DNA of 32,000 bases, from assembly GCA_965230905.1 (NCBI GenBank), contig OZ246396.1, positions 240,001 through 272,000 on the forward strand. Direction: 5' to 3'. Numbering within the stretch: the stretch's first letter is position 1; every line of letters starts with the position of its first letter. Source of the stretch: Candidatus Saccharimonadota bacterium. GTDB lineage: Bacteria > Patescibacteriota > Gracilibacteria > UBA1369 > 2-02-FULL-48-14. The notes under the pieces are model-generated. The model saw nothing but the letters and a program-made list of their open reading frames with translations, did no database searches and was not told the DNA's origin. Shown here piece by piece: positions 7,805 to 16,512 of the stretch. The position numbers and the translations under genes are program-made.

Positions 7805-9079
7805 CTATAGATTCCCTTTCATCTTACTGCGCGCTTCGGGATTGAGTACAGCTTTGTTGTCTTTGATGGTGAGTTCGATTTTTCCGGTGACGAATTTAGC
7901 TTCTTCAATGTCCTCTGCAATGGTGAGGCCGGAAGTGATTTGGGAATTGGGACCTATACGGACGCCCGGCATGAGGCTGGTTTGAACGCCCACGCGGATG
8001 TGGCTGCCGAGGATGGGGCCGAGTTTATTGCGGCCACTGTCGCCAATGTTTTTTTCGTCGAGGCGTAGGTTAGCGCACACGGCTCCGGCACCAAAACTCA
8101 CGTCGTCGCCCATCACGGTGTCGCCCACATAATTGCTGTGGAACCAGCAGTCGTCGCCAATGAAGGAGCGTGCGAGTTCGGTGGAATAGCCCACCACACA
8201 GCGCTCACCGATCATGGACTGCCGGACGAGGGCGTTGTTGGCAATCACGGAATTTTTTCCGATGAACGCGGGGCCTTGAATCACGGCGTGATCGAAAACT
8301 TTTACGCCGGCTTCAATGCGAACGGGGCCGTTGATGATGGCCGTTTTTGCGATTTCCGCAGTGGGGTCGATTTGGCTACCCATGACTTTAAATGAGAACT
8401 GCATCAGGTCTAAAATGTGCCACGGAAATTTAACGGGCTGCCAAAAACCACTGTAGGGCACGGCTTCGAAGTGCTGGCCATTCATCAAAGATTGTAGGGC
8501 CGTTTCATAATGGTCGTCGCCTGCACTGTCCACTTTTTTGAGCGCCGCAAAAAGCGTTTCGGGCTGCTTGAATGCGTGCACCACGATGTTCACCAAGTTG
8601 GACGGTTCATTTCCGGCGCCCGGTTTTTCCACAATGCTCGTGATGCGTTTGCCGTCGACTTTCAAATAACCGCCGGGAAAATATTCTTTCACTTCGTAGG
8701 CCAGCAAATAAGCGTCCGACTCGGATTCCTGAGCTTTGATCATGGCTTCGAAAGCACTTTGCGCCAACACATCATTGCTGCTCACCACCAGGAGGCTTTC
8801 ACCGGGTTTGAGGATTTTTTCCATGGTCAGCACAGCGCCCGCCATGCCTTCATCGAGATTTTTTTGTTCCACCACTTGCGCTTCGTAGGGTGCAGCGAGT
8901 TCTCGGAGTTTTTCAAGATTGTGCGCGCCGCCCACAATCACCAAGTCAGTCAGTCCTACGCGTTTGAGCGTATCGAGTTGGTGTTCGAGCAAAGTTCGCC
9001 CTGCAAATTTCAGGAAATTTTTATCTTCAATGGGTTTTACGCGTCGGCTGCGGCCGGCTGCGAGTAGTAGAACTTTCAT
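7805..9079 (-). CDS. Sugar-phosphate nucleotidyltransferase with C-terminal left-handed beta-helix (GlmU/RmlA-like bifunctional architecture)
   Basis: The N-terminus KVLLLAAGRSRR is the NTP-transferase glycine-rich loop. The C-terminal half has hexapeptide-like repeats (IGDDCWFHSNYVGDTVMGDDVSFGAGAV...). The ATG at 9079 is preferred over the TTG at 9091. Confidence 0.8.
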   Translation of the reverse strand: MKVLLLAAGRSRRVKPIEDKNFLKFAGRTLLEHQLDTLKRVGLTDLVIVGGAHNLEKLRELAAPYEAQVVEQKNLDEGMAGAVLTMEKILKPGESLLVVSSNDVLAQSAFEAMIKAQESESDAYLLAYEVKEYFPGGYLKVDGKRITSIVEKPGAGNEPSNLVNIVVHAFKQPETLFAALKKVDSAGDDHYETALQSLMNGQHFEAVPYSGFWQPVKFPWHILDLMQFSFKVMGSQIDPTAEIAKTAIINGPVRIEAGVKVFDHAVIQGPAFIGKNSVIANNALVRQSMIGERCVVGYSTELARSFIGDDCWFHSNYVGDTVMGDDVSFGAGAVCANLRLDEKNIGDSGRNKLGPILGSHIRVGVQTSLMPGVRIGPNSQITSGLTIAEDIEEAKFVTGKIELTIKDNKAVLNPEARSKMKGNL

Positions 9080-9127
9080 AAAGTACGCCAATTTTACCTG
9101 TAAAACCTGGGGAATGGAAGAGGGGGC

Positions 9128-9156
9128 TTGATTGAGGTATAAACGAATGTTATACT
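9128..9156 (+). promoter_or_regulatory. Sigma70-like promoter for the vapB-vapC pair
   Basis: TTGATT at 9128-9133, a 17-nt spacer, then TGtTATACT (extended -10, hexamer 9151-9156). It lies 26 nt upstream of the ATG at 9182. Confidence 0.5.
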
Positions 9157-9178
9157 GTTAACAGTACATGTAACTGTA
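9153..9178. promoter_or_regulatory. Palindromic operator candidate overlapping the -10 element
   Basis: Perfect 14-bp palindrome TACTGTTAACAGTA at 9153-9166, followed by a further ACAGT-N7-ACTGT inverted repeat. Confidence 0.5.
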
Positions 9179-9181
9179 TTT

Positions 9182-9418
9182 ATGAAACAACAAGCTGCTC
9201 AGGTTTATTTTCCGCTTCCGGTGTACATACAAATGAAGCAAATCGCCCTAAAAAAGGGTCAGCCTTTGGCTGGCTGGATACGGGAAGTGATGATGGAACA
9301 AGTTGAAACCTGCATAAAAAAGCAAACCGACCTTGCCGATTTAACTGCCTTCAAGTGGTCAGATGGTGACCCTTCTTTATCCGAACATATTGACGACAGC
9401 TTATATGGTGATTCTTGA
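9182..9418 (+). CDS. Antitoxin, ribbon-helix-helix-like (VapB-type partner of the downstream PIN toxin)
   Basis: 78 aa. The N-terminal pattern (QVYFPLPVYIQMKQIALKKGQPLAGWIREVM) fits strand-helix-helix, and the tail is acidic. Its end overlaps the PIN gene start by 14 nt. Confidence 0.6.
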   Translation: MKQQAAQVYFPLPVYIQMKQIALKKGQPLAGWIREVMMEQVETCIKKQTDLADLTAFKWSDGDPSLSEHIDDSLYGDS

Positions 9419-9788
9419 TACCTCCTTTCTTGTCGCTTTTTTTAAATCAAACGATGTGCATCATGCAGCAGCAGTGGAGGCCGCTGAGACGTACAGAGGA
9501 CAGACTAAAATTGTTTCTTTTTTGGTGTTTCAAGAATTTATCAGCATCCTGAATAGGAAAGTTTCTACCAGCGTTGCGTCGAGCCTAGGCAAACAATTGC
9601 TTTCGGGAGAAAATCATCTTGAAATTTATAAACTTGATGAGGCCTATTTAGACGGCGTCTTGGCACTTTATAGTAACCTGGGACCACATAGCTTTTCTTA
9701 CGTCGACGTTTCACTGATTCACCTTTCAAAAGAACTGGAACTTCCCGTTCTGACTTTTGACAAGGCTTTGGCTGCTGCATTGGCTTAA
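9405..9788 (+). CDS. vapC: PIN-domain toxin (VapC-like ribonuclease)
   Basis: MVILDTSFLVAFF carries the conserved N-terminal Asp, later acidic residues are present, and the size (~127 aa) fits. The ATG at 9405 is preferred over 9363. Confidence 0.75.
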   Translation: MVILDTSFLVAFFKSNDVHHAAAVEAAETYRGQTKIVSFLVFQEFISILNRKVSTSVASSLGKQLLSGENHLEIYKLDEAYLDGVLALYSNLGPHSFSYVDVSLIHLSKELELPVLTFDKALAAALA

Positions 9789-9809
9789 AAGGAGTGCTAG
9801 AATCGGGCC

Positions 9810-11042
9810 ATGCAAAACCGTAACTATTCCCTCTGGGTTCTCTACGACTTCGCTAACTCGCTTGCGTTTGTAAACGTTTCTTTTTATTTCAGTCTTTGGC
9901 TGGTTTCCGACCACGGATTCTCAGATTTTTGGGTGAGCATTGCTACGGTCGCTTCCACGGTTTTGTTGCTTTTGACTTTGCCTTTTTTGAGTCATTTTTC
10001 GGATAGGACAGGTAAAAGGATCCTCTTCTTAAGGGTTTTCACCCTTCTTTCCATTTTGAGTTTGGGCATATTGGGTTGGTTGGCCATGAAGTTCCCCTTC
10101 ACCACTACACTTGGATTTACCGTGCTGCTCTTTTACTTCTTTTTTCAACTTTTTTTTCAAGGAAGTTTTTCTTTTTACAATGCATTCATTCAAGACTTTA
10201 CGGCTAAAAAAACAGCTGACCAAGTCTCTGGGATGGGAATGGGCTTCGGACAATTGGGGAACATGATTGGGATTTTGCTAGTTCTGCCCTTGGCAGAAGG
10301 AAGTATGAACTTACTTGGAGAAAGTGGACGTGGAGCCACTTTTTTCGCCTCTGCAGGCTTGTTTTTAATTTTTGCGCTGCCAAGCTTGCTTTTTCTGAAA
10401 GATAAAAGAGCACCGACGCCTTTGACTGAAAGGTTTAATTTTACCGGCAGTTTAAAGAAAGTTTTAAAAACACGTGGAGTACTTGCCTATTTGCTTTCTT
10501 ACTATTTTTTCGCAGACGCCATTTTGACGCTTCAACTTTTTGTAGGCCTTTATTTAGAAGAAGTCGCTGGCATGGACGACCGACAAAAAACACTGACCAT
10601 GGTGGTAGCCCTGATTTGTGGATGTCTAGGTGCTTGGCTGGCCCCTGCTTTTGCGCGCTGGATTAAAAGCAGTTACCGAGCGATTAAGTATTTAATACTT
10701 AGCTGGGCTATTTTACTGGGGCTGTTTAGTATGGCGGTTGCGCCGCTCTTTTTCTCTGTGCTCATCGTGCTAAATGGATTTGCTTTTGGTGCGCTTTTTG
10801 CACTTTCGCGTTCGTATTATTCTGAAATTACTCCTAAAGAGAGCCAGGCTGAGTATTTCAGCATTTATGTACTTTTTGAACGAGCTGCCTCCATTTTAGG
10901 ACCTTTAGTTTGGAGCAGCACGGTGCTTGTTTTTGCCAGCCATGGCGGAGATAAATATCGTTTTGCCATGTTTTCGCTCGCCATATTAGTTGCTATTAGT
11001 TTTGGGATTTTTCTCAAGGTTCCTAAAGACAAAACTTTATGA
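9810..11042 (+). CDS. MFS transporter (UMF1/Atg22-like subfamily by N-terminal motif)
   Basis: 410 aa with about 12 hydrophobic segments. The N-terminus WVLYDFANSLAFVNVSFYFSLWL is typical of this MFS subgroup. Its stop overlaps the start of the next gene (ATGA). Confidence 0.8.
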   Translation: MQNRNYSLWVLYDFANSLAFVNVSFYFSLWLVSDHGFSDFWVSIATVASTVLLLLTLPFLSHFSDRTGKRILFLRVFTLLSILSLGILGWLAMKFPFTTTLGFTVLLFYFFFQLFFQGSFSFYNAFIQDFTAKKTADQVSGMGMGFGQLGNMIGILLVLPLAEGSMNLLGESGRGATFFASAGLFLIFALPSLLFLKDKRAPTPLTERFNFTGSLKKVLKTRGVLAYLLSYYFFADAILTLQLFVGLYLEEVAGMDDRQKTLTMVVALICGCLGAWLAPAFARWIKSSYRAIKYLILSWAILLGLFSMAVAPLFFSVLIVLNGFAFGALFALSRSYYSEITPKESQAEYFSIYVLFERAASILGPLVWSSTVLVFASHGGDKYRFAMFSLAILVAISFGIFLKVPKDKTL

Positions 11043-12613
11043 AAAGCTGCATAAATTGCCAAAGCTCCTTCACCATTCGACCCGAAGATGAAGTTTTTTA
11101 TGGACGCATGGATGTTCCCGCACCGACTCACTGCCCCGCGTGCCGTGCACAACGGCGTTGGGCCTTTCGCAATCAATACAATCTCTACAAACGAACCTGT
11201 GACTTTAGTGGAAAAGAAATGCTCTCGCTTTATTCGCCGGACAAGCCATTGAAGGTTTATGAGGAATCGGTCTGGTGGAGCGACGCCTGGGATCCGCTGG
11301 ACTATGGACGAGACTATGACTTCTCGCGTCCATTTTTTGATCAATATAAAGAGCTGTTCTGGGCGGTTCCGCGCCATGCCATGCACCAGGATGGGACCAA
11401 TGAAAATTGCGATTATATAACGTATGGCGGCGGTAACAAAAGTTGCTACTTGGCCTTTGCGTGTATTTATAGTGAGGATATTTATTTCAGTAGTTTTTTG
11501 CTTTTCTGCAAAGACAGCTTGGACTCCACGCGCTGCATTGAAAGTTCACTTTTGTACGAATGCGTGGACTGTGAAAAATCGTATGAATGTTTTTTCTGCA
11601 AAGATTGTATCTCGTGCCAAGATTCGCTTTTCCTCGATGACTGCCGGAATTGTAAAAACTGTATCGGCTGTAAAAATTTGCGAAATAAGGAATATCACAT
11701 TTTTAATGAACCCGTTTCCAAGGAGGAATTTGAACGGGTGAAGGCGGAGATTTTAAAAGATGGCGGCCGGAGCTTTAAAGAGAAGTTTGATGCCTGGCGG
11801 CTGACGCAGCCTTACGTGTATGCACGCATAAACAACTCCGAAAATTGCGTGGGAAATTATTTGGAGAATGCGCACAATTCCTACCATTCTTTCGACTTGG
11901 TTATGGGTGCGGATGACTGCAACTATTGTATAAACGCGGGGTGGAAAGGAAAAGACATGTGGGACTGCACCATGACCGGGAAAGAGGCGGAACTTTTGTA
12001 TGAAATGCACGCCACGGTGAATACTCAACACTCTGCTTTTTGTAGTTTTATTCGCAGTTGCTCAGACATTTATTACTGCGACAGTATGGATGCGGCGCAG
12101 AATTGTTTTGGTTCCATCGGACTTCGCCATAAACAGTACTGCATCTTAAACAAGCAATATTCGAAGGAGGCGTATGAAGCGCTGCTACCCCGAATCATTG
12201 AACATATGAAGGCAACAGGTGAGTGGGGCGAGTTTCCGCCGATTTGGCTTTCGCCTTTTGCGTACAATGAGACCTTGGCGAATGAACATTTTCCTCTGAC
12301 TAAGGAGGCTGCTTTGGCGAAGGGCTATACGTGGAAAGACGAAGCAGTGACCGCAGTTGAGGGCGGCTGCAAAAGCTGTGGAAGAGCCTACAAAGTCATT
12401 CCGCAGGAAAAGGCCTTTTATGGACGTATGGGATTGCCGGAGCCTGAGAATTGCTGGAAATGCCGGCACGAACGGCGGTTCCGTAGCCGAAACCCTTATC
12501 GCTTGTGGAAGAGGAATTGCCACAAGTGTCAAAAGGAAATCGAAACCAGCTATTCCCCCGAGAGGCCGGAAATTGTATATTGTGAAACCTGTTATTTAGC
12601 AGACGTCTACTGA
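11039..12613 (+). CDS. Cys-rich paralog P1 (uncharacterised family: terminal double zinc-ribbon-like modules flanking two CxxC-repeat blocks)
   Basis: 524 aa. N-module: CINCQSSFTIRPEDEVFYGRMDVPAPTHCPACRAQRR. Central motifs: CFGSIGLRHKQYCILNKQYSKEAYEAL and TGEWGEFPP. The C-terminus ends CETCYLADVY-stop. Confidence 0.9.
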   Translation: MKSCINCQSSFTIRPEDEVFYGRMDVPAPTHCPACRAQRRWAFRNQYNLYKRTCDFSGKEMLSLYSPDKPLKVYEESVWWSDAWDPLDYGRDYDFSRPFFDQYKELFWAVPRHAMHQDGTNENCDYITYGGGNKSCYLAFACIYSEDIYFSSFLLFCKDSLDSTRCIESSLLYECVDCEKSYECFFCKDCISCQDSLFLDDCRNCKNCIGCKNLRNKEYHIFNEPVSKEEFERVKAEILKDGGRSFKEKFDAWRLTQPYVYARINNSENCVGNYLENAHNSYHSFDLVMGADDCNYCINAGWKGKDMWDCTMTGKEAELLYEMHATVNTQHSAFCSFIRSCSDIYYCDSMDAAQNCFGSIGLRHKQYCILNKQYSKEAYEALLPRIIEHMKATGEWGEFPPIWLSPFAYNETLANEHFPLTKEAALAKGYTWKDEAVTAVEGGCKSCGRAYKVIPQEKAFYGRMGLPEPENCWKCRHERRFRSRNPYRLWKRNCHKCQKEIETSYSPERPEIVYCETCYLADVY

Positions 12614-14244
12614 TGCCAAACTGTAAAAACTGCCAAAGCAATTTCTCTCTGGAAGAAGCGGATTTTGAATTTTTGAAAAAGTTTGATGTGCCGGCCCCTA
12701 CGTTCTGCCCCGATTGCCGGAATCAACGGCGGCTGGTTTTCCGAAATGACCGAAATTTTTATCGGCGGGAATGTGGGATGTGTAAAAAAGTCATCATTGC
12801 GATCTTTTCGGAGGACAAACCTTTCCCTGTGTACTGCAAGGACTGTTATTTGAGTGACGCTTTCGATCCGCTGCAATACGGCGTGGATTTTGACCCTTCA
12901 CGGCCGTTTATTGAGCAATTTGCAGAGATGCGTGCGCGGGTGCCGCGAGTGGCGAGCTTTCAAACACAGAGCGAAAATTCCGACTACACCGTGCACAGCG
13001 GCAAGAATAAAAACTGCTACATGGGCAGCTCGTACATGGAGTGTGAAAATTCTTATTACAGCCATTGGCTTTTTTATGCGAAAGACTGTCTGGACCTGTA
13101 TTTGTGCCAAAAAATGGAGCGCTGTTATTTCTGTACGAGCTGTGATGATTGCTACGGCTCCGCGTATTTGGAAAATTGCCAGGGTGTATCCTTTTCGTAT
13201 TTAAGTTTTGACTGTCGGAACTCGTCGCAACTGATCGGCTGCGTGGGACTGAGGCAAAAGACTCATCAGATTTTGAACCAATCTGCGAGCGAGGAGGAGC
13301 TTGCGAGCACACTTAAAAAACTCAACACGGACCCGGCTTTTCGCGCCGAATTTCAAAGAAAATATGATGAGCTTCGTTTGCAAGTGCCTGTGCCAGAAAT
13401 GTGGGTTAAGAACAGCGAAAATGTAAGTGGAAATTACATCACGAATTGCCGCAATGCTCAGCATTCATACAATGTGCGTGAGCTTGAAGACGCTCGTCAC
13501 GTTTACGAAGTTGGCCATTTGAAAGATGGAATGGATGTGACTCACTGCGCCAATGGTGAGTTCATTTATGAGGTGAAGGCGGTGATCGATTTGAGCTTCA
13601 GTAAGTTCTGTAATTTGTGTTACCAAAGCAGTCAGCTTGAATACTGCGACAACTGCCAATCCACGAAAAATTGTTTTGGCAGTATGGGGCTGAAGGGGCA
13701 TTCCTATTGCATTTTGAATAAGCAATACAGCAAGGAGGCTTACGAAAGTCTGCGCGCGCAGATCATTGAAAAAATGCGAGCAACTGGCGAGTATGGCGAG
13801 TTTTTTCCTGCAGCGCTGAGCCCTTTTGGCTACAACGAAACCAAGGCTATGGATCACTATGAACTCACGCGCGAAGAAGCCCTGGCTAAAGGCTTTAAGT
13901 GGAAGGACGAAGATCCCCGTTCATATCAGCCGCAGACCGCAGTACTTGCCGACGACATTGCAGCCGTACCCGACAGCATCACGAATGAAATTTTGGCGTG
14001 TAGCGAGTGCCGAAAGAATTTCAAAATAATCCCCCAGGAGTTGAAACTTTATCGTGAGCTCGGCGTGCCGGTGCCAAAAAAGTGTTTCGGTTGTCGACAT
14101 AAGGAAAGAAAGTCCCTCCAAAATCCTCGTAAGCTGTGGAATCGAGAGTGCGCGCAGTGTAAGGCCGCCATTGTTACGACTTATGGACCTGAGAAAAAAG
14201 AAAGGGTTTTTTGTGAGAAGTGTTATTTAGCTGCGATTTATTGA
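12613..14244 (+). CDS. Cys-rich paralog P2
   Basis: 543 aa, 35 Cys by my hand count. The start overlaps the P1 stop (TGATG). All four ribbon-like CxxC...CxxC sets are intact. Confidence 0.9.
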   Translation: MPNCKNCQSNFSLEEADFEFLKKFDVPAPTFCPDCRNQRRLVFRNDRNFYRRECGMCKKVIIAIFSEDKPFPVYCKDCYLSDAFDPLQYGVDFDPSRPFIEQFAEMRARVPRVASFQTQSENSDYTVHSGKNKNCYMGSSYMECENSYYSHWLFYAKDCLDLYLCQKMERCYFCTSCDDCYGSAYLENCQGVSFSYLSFDCRNSSQLIGCVGLRQKTHQILNQSASEEELASTLKKLNTDPAFRAEFQRKYDELRLQVPVPEMWVKNSENVSGNYITNCRNAQHSYNVRELEDARHVYEVGHLKDGMDVTHCANGEFIYEVKAVIDLSFSKFCNLCYQSSQLEYCDNCQSTKNCFGSMGLKGHSYCILNKQYSKEAYESLRAQIIEKMRATGEYGEFFPAALSPFGYNETKAMDHYELTREEALAKGFKWKDEDPRSYQPQTAVLADDIAAVPDSITNEILACSECRKNFKIIPQELKLYRELGVPVPKKCFGCRHKERKSLQNPRKLWNRECAQCKAAIVTTYGPEKKERVFCEKCYLAAIY

Positions 14245-15833
14245 TGCCAAATTTAAACCAAAACTGCCGCGTCACCGGGAAACCCTTTGTTATCACGGAA
14301 TGGGAGCAGGCTTTCTTGAAACGCATGGACATGCCCCTGCCCACGCTGTGCCCGGAGGAAAGGCAGCTGAAACGACTGGCGCATCGGAATGAACGTTCGC
14401 TCTACCAAAGGACTTGCGACCACTGTCAAAAAAATATGGTGGCCCTGTACCCAGCGGCAACTCCATTCCCTGTGTACTGCGGAGATTGTTTTTGGGGTGA
14501 TTCCTGGGACGGCGGCGGCTATGGCCAAGGCTATGATTTGAATCGACCTTTTTTTGAACAATTCAAAGAGCTGCTGAATCGCGTACCGCGGGTGGCCGTG
14601 CTGTCACGCAACTCACAAAATAGCGACTACACCAATTGTGAAGAACAAAATAAAAATTGCTACCTCACTTTTGGTGGTGGCTATTCCGAAGACTGCATGT
14701 ACAGCAACTTTGAACTGTACTGCAAAAATTGCGTGGACTGCTCGTACGTGCACAAGTGTGAACTTTGCTACGAATGCATGGACCTCGAGAATTGTTACCA
14801 TTGTTTTTATCTTACTGATTCCAAAAACTGCAGTGATTGTTTTTTGGGGAATGACTTGATCGGCTGTCACGATTGTTTCGGCTGCAAAGGTTTAAGGAAT
14901 AAGAATTTTTATATTTTTAACGAGCCTTATTCGGAAGAAGCCTATAAGAAGAAAGTGGCGGAGCTTTTACCAAAGATTCAAGATGCAGACGTGCAAGCCC
15001 GTTTTCAAGAACTGGTGCGAACCGTGCCGACTAAATTTGCGCAAATAAACAACTGCGAAAACAGCACGGGTGGATACCTATCCAACAGTCAAAATTGCCA
15101 GTGGTGCTTTGACGCGAAGAATGGGAAAGATTCGATGTATGTCACGTTTGGGGAAAGTTTTAAAGATGTGCTCGACTGCAACGTGAGTTACGTGGGGACC
15201 GAGCTGGTTTATAATTCTCAAAGCGTGTGTCTCAGTGCTTCGTTTGTACGCTGTTGTAATTTTTCATGGACCATAAGTTTTTCCGACTATTCTGATTCCT
15301 GTCACTACTCGAAGAATTTGTTTGGCTGCATTGGGCTGAAACATAAAGAGTACTGCATCCTCAACAAACAATATTCAAAGGAAGACTATGAAGCTTTAGC
15401 CGCGCAAATCATTGAAAAAATGAGGGCGGCTGGCGAGTGGGGCGAGTTTTTTCCTTTCTCTCCTTTTGCCTACAATGAGACCATTGCTCAAGAATATTTT
15501 CCGCTCACGCGTGAGGAAGCGGCCCGGCGTGGGTACGGATGGAAAGAAGAAAATTCCATCAATAATGCCACTGGAGAAGCGGGCACCTGTAAGCAGTGCA
15601 GCAAGGTATATCGCATCATCCCGCAGGAGAAAGCTTTCTATGAAAAGACGGGTCTGACTTCCCCACTGTTTTGCTACAATTGTCGCCACAAAAACCGTAT
15701 CAAACATCGTAATCCACCTTTCTTGTGGACGCGAGCCTGTGCGGAATGCAAAACACCGGTGGCGAGCAACTACCGTCCTGAACGGCCAGAGAAGATTGTG
15801 TGTGAGAAGTGTTATTTGGCTTCGGTTTATTGA
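14244..15833 (+). CDS. Cys-rich paralog P3
   Basis: 529 aa from the ATG at 14244, which overlaps the P2 stop (TGATG). The ORF track's 14220 start would add 8 unconserved residues. Confidence 0.88.
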   Translation: MPNLNQNCRVTGKPFVITEWEQAFLKRMDMPLPTLCPEERQLKRLAHRNERSLYQRTCDHCQKNMVALYPAATPFPVYCGDCFWGDSWDGGGYGQGYDLNRPFFEQFKELLNRVPRVAVLSRNSQNSDYTNCEEQNKNCYLTFGGGYSEDCMYSNFELYCKNCVDCSYVHKCELCYECMDLENCYHCFYLTDSKNCSDCFLGNDLIGCHDCFGCKGLRNKNFYIFNEPYSEEAYKKKVAELLPKIQDADVQARFQELVRTVPTKFAQINNCENSTGGYLSNSQNCQWCFDAKNGKDSMYVTFGESFKDVLDCNVSYVGTELVYNSQSVCLSASFVRCCNFSWTISFSDYSDSCHYSKNLFGCIGLKHKEYCILNKQYSKEDYEALAAQIIEKMRAAGEWGEFFPFSPFAYNETIAQEYFPLTREEAARRGYGWKEENSINNATGEAGTCKQCSKVYRIIPQEKAFYEKTGLTSPLFCYNCRHKNRIKHRNPPFLWTRACAECKTPVASNYRPERPEKIVCEKCYLASVY

Positions 15834-15873
15834 CTTTTTAAAACCTAAAAGTAAAATGGACTTGTTATATGAG

Positions 15874-15924
15874 GAAGTCGCGTCGCAAAGGGGTTGGTCC
15901 CGCGCCATGCGGCTTCATTTTTTA
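15874..15924 (+). terminator. Intrinsic terminator candidate after P3
   Basis: The outer stem pairs GAAGUCGC (15874-15881) with GCGGCUUC (15909-15916) and includes one U-G wobble. Inner CGC/GCG and GGG/CCC pairs follow, then A plus six U (15918-15923). The U-tract exists only on the + strand. Confidence 0.5.
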
Positions 15925-16391
15925 TATTCGAGTTTTTCCCTCAGATCAGATAGAGAGGGTATCCTTTTGTTAAAAGCTTTCTTCAAAAGCAGGGAACAAA
16001 ATCTGTAATCTGGGGATAGGACTAACATAAACTTACTTTTTCCGAGTAAGTATCTGACTAAACAGGCAAAATCACCGTCATTACTAAGCAACAAAGCTTG
16101 GTCGTATTCGGGGTAATCGATCATTGATTGCAAGACAAGCTCTGCATCAACATTAGCTTTAATCTTTCCATTAACAGAGATGGCTTCCTTAAAAATAAGT
16201 TCATAACCTATTTTCTTTAACCTTCTATAAAGATCTTCATTTTCAGGAAGGTATCCTAAAAATATATAAGTTCTTTTAATCTTATATTTGTCTCTTAAAT
16301 ATGTATAAAGTTTAGCCCAGTCTAGCTGCCAACCAGCCGATTTAGTGGCTCGATATACGTTATGTGCATCAATAAAAGCAAAGTTGTTCAT
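15915..16391 (-). CDS. NYN-domain (LabA/DUF88-like) putative ribonuclease
   Basis: 158 aa. FIDAHNVY at the N-terminus, NVDAELVLQSM and LLSNDGDFACLVRYL match the NYN acidic-residue pattern. Confidence 0.8.
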   Translation of the reverse strand: MNNFAFIDAHNVYRATKSAGWQLDWAKLYTYLRDKYKIKRTYIFLGYLPENEDLYRRLKKIGYELIFKEAISVNGKIKANVDAELVLQSMIDYPEYDQALLLSNDGDFACLVRYLLGKSKFMLVLSPDYRFCSLLLKKAFNKRIPSLSDLREKLEYKK

Positions 16392-16456
16392 TTTTAAAGT
16401 CTAAAACGAGTTCAAATATTTGGCTACTCACCAATAGCTCTCTAATCGAGAATTTC

Positions 16457-16498
16457 GCGTTGTTGTAAGTCTGACAACACCCTGCTATTTTGTAGTAT
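16457..16498. promoter_or_regulatory. Shared GCNTTGTTGT motif within an inverted repeat, plus a candidate P4 promoter
   Basis: GCGTTGTTGT at 16457-16466. Inverted repeat TGTTGT (16461-66)-N7-ACAACA (16474-79). Possible -35 CTGACA (16471-76), 16-nt spacer, -10 TAGTAT (16493-98). Confidence 0.4.
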
Positions 16499-16512
16499 CT
16501 AACAAGCTAAAG

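Noticed and set aside
8510-9067. 185-aa plus-strand ORF, and 8138..8395
   Set aside because: These are shadow frames inside the nucleotidyltransferase/LbH gene on the minus strand.
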